Made by a program: the position numbers and the translations under genes
Shown: positions 60,134 to 64,000 of the stretch, in pieces
Layout of the letters: the number at the start of each line of letters is the position of its first letter
Numbering within the stretch: the stretch's first letter is position 1
From: a virus
Lineage: Duplodnaviria > Caudoviricetes
Virus record (IMG/VR): IMGVR_UViG_3300024272_000023
DNA: 64,000 nucleotides
Strand: one strand, 5' to 3'
Notes under the pieces: model-generated
The model's database searches: none
Told to the model about the DNA's origin: nothing
The model's input: only the letters and a program-made list of their open reading frames with translations

Positions 60134-61330
60134 TTATTCCTGATATAGTATCGTATCATTACTTAAATGTTCTTTAATATCAATACCGCTCTCTTCAAGC
60201 AACTTTTTTAAGTCTATGTTCTCACGTAACAATAGTCTAGCTTTTTCAATAGACTCATTTGCCTTCTTATTCATCTCTTCAATTGTTTTCTTTTGCTCTG
60301 TTAACATCTGTACGTAATCATTTTCATCAAGATTGATTTGTTTAAGTATAGATGCGTTGCTTATATCAGCAACTTGTGCAAGTCCCGACGCGGTTTCTGC
60401 ATCAAAGATGTTGACCTCGGCTTCTCTTAAATTCATTTCCTTCATAATACGAACTTTACCAGTCCAGGTGTTCTCGCCCTTAGTGTTATTTTTATTATGC
60501 TTTAATGAAATACAGTTTTGCTCGGCAAGTTGTGAAATTGTTGCGCTAATATTCTTCTTAGCATCCAATAATGCCTTAATCTCGGCAGAACCACCATTTT
60601 TAGCCGCACTAATCATTGCCTTAGCAATCATATCATCTAGCTTTTGTATTTGTAAAAAGCCTCTAACAATGGTGATAACAGATGATGTTCTCATTGCGTC
60701 ATCATTATTGCCGCCCATATCCAAATATCCAACTGTTTGTGCGTACAATAACGGTTTGTCCTCTAGCAATTCTTTCTCAAATGGGTCATAACCTACCAAT
60801 CTGACAACATCTCTTCGATTTCTTTCTAATTCTTCTGCTACATCGGGAGCGATATAGTCATCTACATTGCCTGTAGATGAAGAACTAGAAGACTCTTTTT
60901 TAAATAAATCCCCATCTCTCCAACGCATTCCTCTGTACTGAGGTAACTTTACATTTGTTATATATGCAGACCAAATATTGGTCTTTGGCAATTTCAATGT
61001 GGGATCATGCACCTCTTTATAAGAGGCCTCCCACAGTCTCTCAATATACGGTAGATCCATTCGCTCAAGCGCATCACATAACGAAGACTTGGTTACCTCT
61101 CCATATTGCGCCCTTTGAGTATTATAGTTTCTCGCAATCTTCTCAATGCACAACTTGCAAAAAGGATTGACACCTACACCATTAAACGGATCTGTCGTAG
61201 TGTAAAATGAAGTCTTCTTCTTTTTTTCGCCACAACAATAACACAAATACTCTTCCTTTTCTTCTGCCTCTTTTTGAGCATTTGTCGCCATTGACTTCTT
61301 AGGGGCACTCTTGCCCATTGCTTTTGCCAT
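60134..61330 (-). CDS. Zn-finger protein upstream of terL, putative terminase small subunit
   Basis: CYCC...CKLC N-terminus, coiled-coil C-terminus, position. Confidence 0.5.
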   Translation of the reverse strand: MAKAMGKSAPKKSMATNAQKEAEEKEEYLCYCCGEKKKKTSFYTTTDPFNGVGVNPFCKLCIEKIARNYNTQRAQYGEVTKSSLCDALERMDLPYIERLWEASYKEVHDPTLKLPKTNIWSAYITNVKLPQYRGMRWRDGDLFKKESSSSSSTGNVDDYIAPDVAEELERNRRDVVRLVGYDPFEKELLEDKPLLYAQTVGYLDMGGNNDDAMRTSSVITIVRGFLQIQKLDDMIAKAMISAAKNGGSAEIKALLDAKKNISATISQLAEQNCISLKHNKNNTKGENTWTGKVRIMKEMNLREAEVNIFDAETASGLAQVADISNASILKQINLDENDYVQMLTEQKKTIEEMNKKANESIEKARLLLRENIDLKKLLEESGIDIKEHLSNDTILYQE

Positions 61331-61364
61331 AGATATCACTCCTTTCTATAGATTTGAGGAGCAA

Positions 61365-61670
61365 TTAGTCGATATCTATGCTAATCTGCTCATATTCTAC
61401 TTCTGCTTCCTTCTTTGCCTTAAGCTCGTCCATAAGATCGTTAAAATCTACCTTAAATGACTCGTTGTTATCAAATACAAAAATAGTCTTATCTGTATTC
61501 TCTCTATTTGCCTTAATATCAATCACGATATTTTTGTGGCACTCACAGCCATCTGCAAGTGCTACACCACAATAAGGGCAAAATTTCAGCTCGCCGTTTA
61601 ACTTAAGCAACTTTCTACTAACCTTCGCGTCGAAGCAAAGCTGACTCTTCTTGTTCTTAATTTCCTTCAT
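61365..61670 (-). CDS. DUF5659-like protein with an inserted zinc ribbon
   Basis: FDAKVSRKLLK...IVIDIKAN...TIFVF interrupted by CPYC...CECH. Confidence 0.55.
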   Translation of the reverse strand: MKEIKNKKSQLCFDAKVSRKLLKLNGELKFCPYCGVALADGCECHKNIVIDIKANRENTDKTIFVFDNNESFKVDFNDLMDELKAKKEAEVEYEQISIDID

Positions 61671-61703
61671 AATCTATTCCTTCTTTCTAATCATTTTACA
61701 TTA

Positions 61704-62924
61704 TTAATTCAGCCCAATGTCATATAAACATTTGACCGTTCTCTTACTATTTGTAATAAATACGCATTGTTCTGGTTCTCCAGATATTCTATTGTCAACA
61801 CAATGAGTATCTGTGCCAACCGCACATCCACACTGTACAATTTTAACACTGTGTATAGTATCAAAAGCATTATGGTGTCTGTGACCCATAATGATACCAT
61901 CTGGCTTTCTTCCAACCATTAATGTTAAGTCTGAAACTACTTTGGATACCGTATCCTTGTCTCCGTGTACCACATAAAACAACTTATTTCCACTCGTAGT
62001 AAAACTATTAATTGTTGAATCGATAGGAGAGTCTTCGTAAACCTTAACTACATCCTCATTAACAAACATTAAATTTAAATAAAATGGAATAAGTTCATCT
62101 AATTCTTCTCCTTTTAAGTGATCTTCTTTGTTCTGTGACAATCTAGAATGATTACCGGCCACCGAACGTACTTCAATTTCTTCGAACGCCTTCATTTTAA
62201 CAAGTTCGTTAACAAAGTTACCTATATATACGGACGCTATCTTAACTTGTTTAATAACATCCTCATTATTTTGAAGTCGTAAATTAGAGTGAATAAGTCC
62301 ACTAACATTATCTCCGCCCAAAACAAGATAGCACTTTTTGCACGAGTGAGTTCTTTGAATTTCTCTAATTTCATCCAAATATTTATTAAGACGATTTTGC
62401 AGAATGTTAGTGTTAAATTGATTCCAATAATTATCACACACGATACCAACATGCAAATCACTTAAACATATAATCATCTCATCATCCGATGTGCCAGAAA
62501 ATGTATAATCAGGACTATAATCAAACGGAACAACAGTATCAGTAAGAACTCGATGAACAAGCTCAACCAATGATTCCTTTCTAGCCTCTTCCCTAACTGT
62601 CTTTTGATAGTCTAATCTCTCATCTCTTAATTTAATCTTTGCTTTTTCAAGTTCTCTCTTTTGCTCTATTATTGTAAGCATTTCCTCGTCAGTAAATCTT
62701 TCTCTACTAAAAATACCCTCATAAGCAGTTACAAAATTTCTATACTTCTTTCTGTATGCCGAAGAATCATAATATTGTGTTTCATCCTCTCTGAAAGTTT
62801 TATTCAAAAAAGTGGCAATCTCGGGCCAATTATCTGTTAAAAGTCCTGAATCTTTCGCCTTACCGATTCTCCATAAACATTGATCCTCGGTCTCGTTAGG
62901 TAAATGTACTAAAATATTACTCAT
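61704..62924 (-). CDS. calcineurin-like metallophosphoesterase
   Basis: SDLH, GD, GNH, HGD and GHRH motifs. Confidence 0.85.
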   Translation of the reverse strand: MSNILVHLPNETEDQCLWRIGKAKDSGLLTDNWPEIATFLNKTFREDETQYYDSSAYRKKYRNFVTAYEGIFSRERFTDEEMLTIIEQKRELEKAKIKLRDERLDYQKTVREEARKESLVELVHRVLTDTVVPFDYSPDYTFSGTSDDEMIICLSDLHVGIVCDNYWNQFNTNILQNRLNKYLDEIREIQRTHSCKKCYLVLGGDNVSGLIHSNLRLQNNEDVIKQVKIASVYIGNFVNELVKMKAFEEIEVRSVAGNHSRLSQNKEDHLKGEELDELIPFYLNLMFVNEDVVKVYEDSPIDSTINSFTTSGNKLFYVVHGDKDTVSKVVSDLTLMVGRKPDGIIMGHRHHNAFDTIHSVKIVQCGCAVGTDTHCVDNRISGEPEQCVFITNSKRTVKCLYDIGLN

Positions 62925-62962
62925 AATCTCTTTTCCTTTCTGATAAATTAAAAAGAACGGCA

Positions 62963-63283
62963 TTAACCGTTCTTGTTATTTTCATATGCTTCTTGAAGTT
63001 TTGATCTATAATCTTCACTAAACTTACAAGCAGGCTTTACAGTAGCTTTCACTATAACTGGTTTTTGATTGCGTGGGTCAACCCTATCTCTTTCTGGTAC
63101 GATATGAGTTGATACCTTAATGCCCTGCACTAATTGCACGGCCACGTCATTGTCATCAGTCACTTCACAAAGCGCGTCAAACACAACTTCATCCATACAT
63201 TGAAGTAGGCTTCTTACATCCTTCATATAATATCCACTTTTCTCCGATAATCTTCTTATCATTTCTTCACGCGTAATTGTCAT
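62963..63283 (-). CDS. HU/IHF-like DNA-binding protein
   Basis: TREEMIRRLSEKSG...ERDRVDPRNQKPVIV.ATVKPACKFS. Confidence 0.8.
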   Translation of the reverse strand: MTITREEMIRRLSEKSGYYMKDVRSLLQCMDEVVFDALCEVTDDNDVAVQLVQGIKVSTHIVPERDRVDPRNQKPVIVKATVKPACKFSEDYRSKLQEAYENNKNG

Positions 63284-63316
63284 ATTCTTCTCTCCTTTTC
63301 TTATATATTTATTATT

Positions 63317-63393
63317 TGGTCATCCACGCAGGGCACGATCCTGCAACTCCTGGTTTCGAAGACCAGCACTCTATCCAATTGAGTTAGTGGACG
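63317..63393 (-). tRNA. tRNA-Arg(TCG)
   Basis: Cloverleaf, CTGGT-CT TCG AA-ACCAG, encoded CCA. Confidence 0.9.
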
Positions 63394-63462
63394 ATAATGA
63401 TAGGAGGTTCCGCAGAACCTCCTATGGTTGTAGGCTTCACAAGTTTCCACAACGCGATCACT

Positions 63463-63539
63463 TGGTTGCGGTGGATGGACTCGAACCATCGACCTCCGAC
63501 TTATGAGGACGGCGAGCTAACCATCTGCTCTACACCGCA
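63463..63539 (-). tRNA. tRNA-Met(CAT), initiator-like body with an atypical anticodon stem
   Basis: CCGTC-CT CAT AA-GTCGG, GAGC/GCTC D-stem, encoded CCA. Confidence 0.85.
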
Positions 63540-63542
63540 ATA

Positions 63543-63618
63543 TGGAGCTTTCGCAGAGACTCGAACTCTGAACAGCTTGATTACAAATCAAGTACACTGC
63601 CAATTGTGTTACGAAAGC
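63543..63618 (-). tRNA. tRNA-Thr(TGT)
   Basis: CTTGA-TT TGT AA-TCAAG, encoded CCA. Confidence 0.9.
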
Positions 63619-63621
63619 ATG

Positions 63622-63697
63622 TGGTACCTCCGGCGAGGTTTGAACTCGCGTCTTAGCCTTGAAAGGGCCATGTCTTAACCAACTTGACTACGGAGGC
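63622..63697 (-). tRNA. tRNA-Glu(TTC)
   Basis: TGGCC-CT TTC AA-GGCTA, encoded CCA. Confidence 0.9.
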
Positions 63698-63701
63698 ATT
63701 A

Positions 63702-63785
63702 TGGTGGGAGAGGTTGGAGTCGAACCCACTAAGCCAGAGGCAACGAGTTTACAGCCCGCCCCAGTTTCCGATTTGGTACTCTCCC
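63702..63785 (-). tRNA. tRNA-Tyr(GTA)
   Basis: GCGGG-CT GTA AA-CTCGT, long variable arm, encoded CCA. Confidence 0.9.
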
Positions 63786-63790
63786 ATATA

Positions 63791-63867
63791 TGGCGATTCC
63801 GAGGGGACTTGAACCCCTGGCCTCTAGCGTGACAGGCTAGCGCTCTAACCAACTGAGCTACGGAACC
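63791..63867 (-). tRNA. tRNA-Asp(GTC)
   Basis: CTAGC-CT GTC AC-GCTAG, encoded CCA. Confidence 0.95.
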
Positions 63868-63911
63868 GTATATGACAGTTTTTTGATAGGCTCACTGACA
63901 AAACCTCTACA

Positions 63912-64000
63912 TAAAACAGGATTAAAATGCCTGTACACATGGTGGAGGATATGGGCTACGATCCCATCACCATGTGTACAGGCATTTTAATCCTGTTTTA
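63912..64000. repeat. perfect 33-bp inverted repeat running to the window edge
   Basis: 63912-63944 is the exact reverse complement of 63968-64000. Confidence 0.95.
63940..63971 (-). pseudogene. 3' fragment of a tRNA (probably Ala, U70) truncated by a fold-back
   Basis: T-arm ATGGG-ATCGTAG-CCCAT plus ATCCTCCACCA; the 5' half is replaced by an inverted copy of the flanking DNA. Confidence 0.6.

Noticed and set aside
215-63283. Stop-codon reassignment
   Set aside because: Genes tile densely under the standard code, and no suppressor anticodon is present among the visible tRNAs
63301-63678. ORFs 63301-63489 and 63397-63678
   Set aside because: They overlap well-formed tRNA genes

Overview
The window is the morphogenesis arm of a large, AT-rich siphophage of the SPbeta / Clostridium c-st type, probably infecting a Clostridia-like host (inferred from GGAGG/AAGGAG ribosome binding sites, sigma-A promoters, TubZ and BspA-type LRR domains). 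Almost everything is on the minus strand. In transcription order (right to left) it holds: a tRNA cluster, HU-like protein, metallophosphoesterase, terminases, portal, a free-standing HNH endonuclease, prohead protease with a probable nested scaffold, capsid, head-tail connectors, major tail protein, about 20 kb of accessory fibre/adhesin genes, a very long tape measure gene split by a 1-nt frameshift, Dit, Tal/hub, tail fibres, two holin-like genes, and a TubZ/TubR partition cassette with a divergent RHH regulator. The most notable observations are: (1) an intact JAMM/JAB metallo-isopeptidase motif inside the tape measure protein; (2) a fibre gene cluster sharing N-terminal docking modules and C-terminal W-(E/G)-E-(L/F/E) tails, suggesting modular chain assembly; (3) a lipoate-ligase-fold enzyme inside that cluster; (4) a recurrent coding-strand motif CAAAATGATT near gene starts, together with four small DUF5659-like paralogues; (5) candidate small structured RNAs at both ends. 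All family assignments come from motifs read by eye; no database searches were run.
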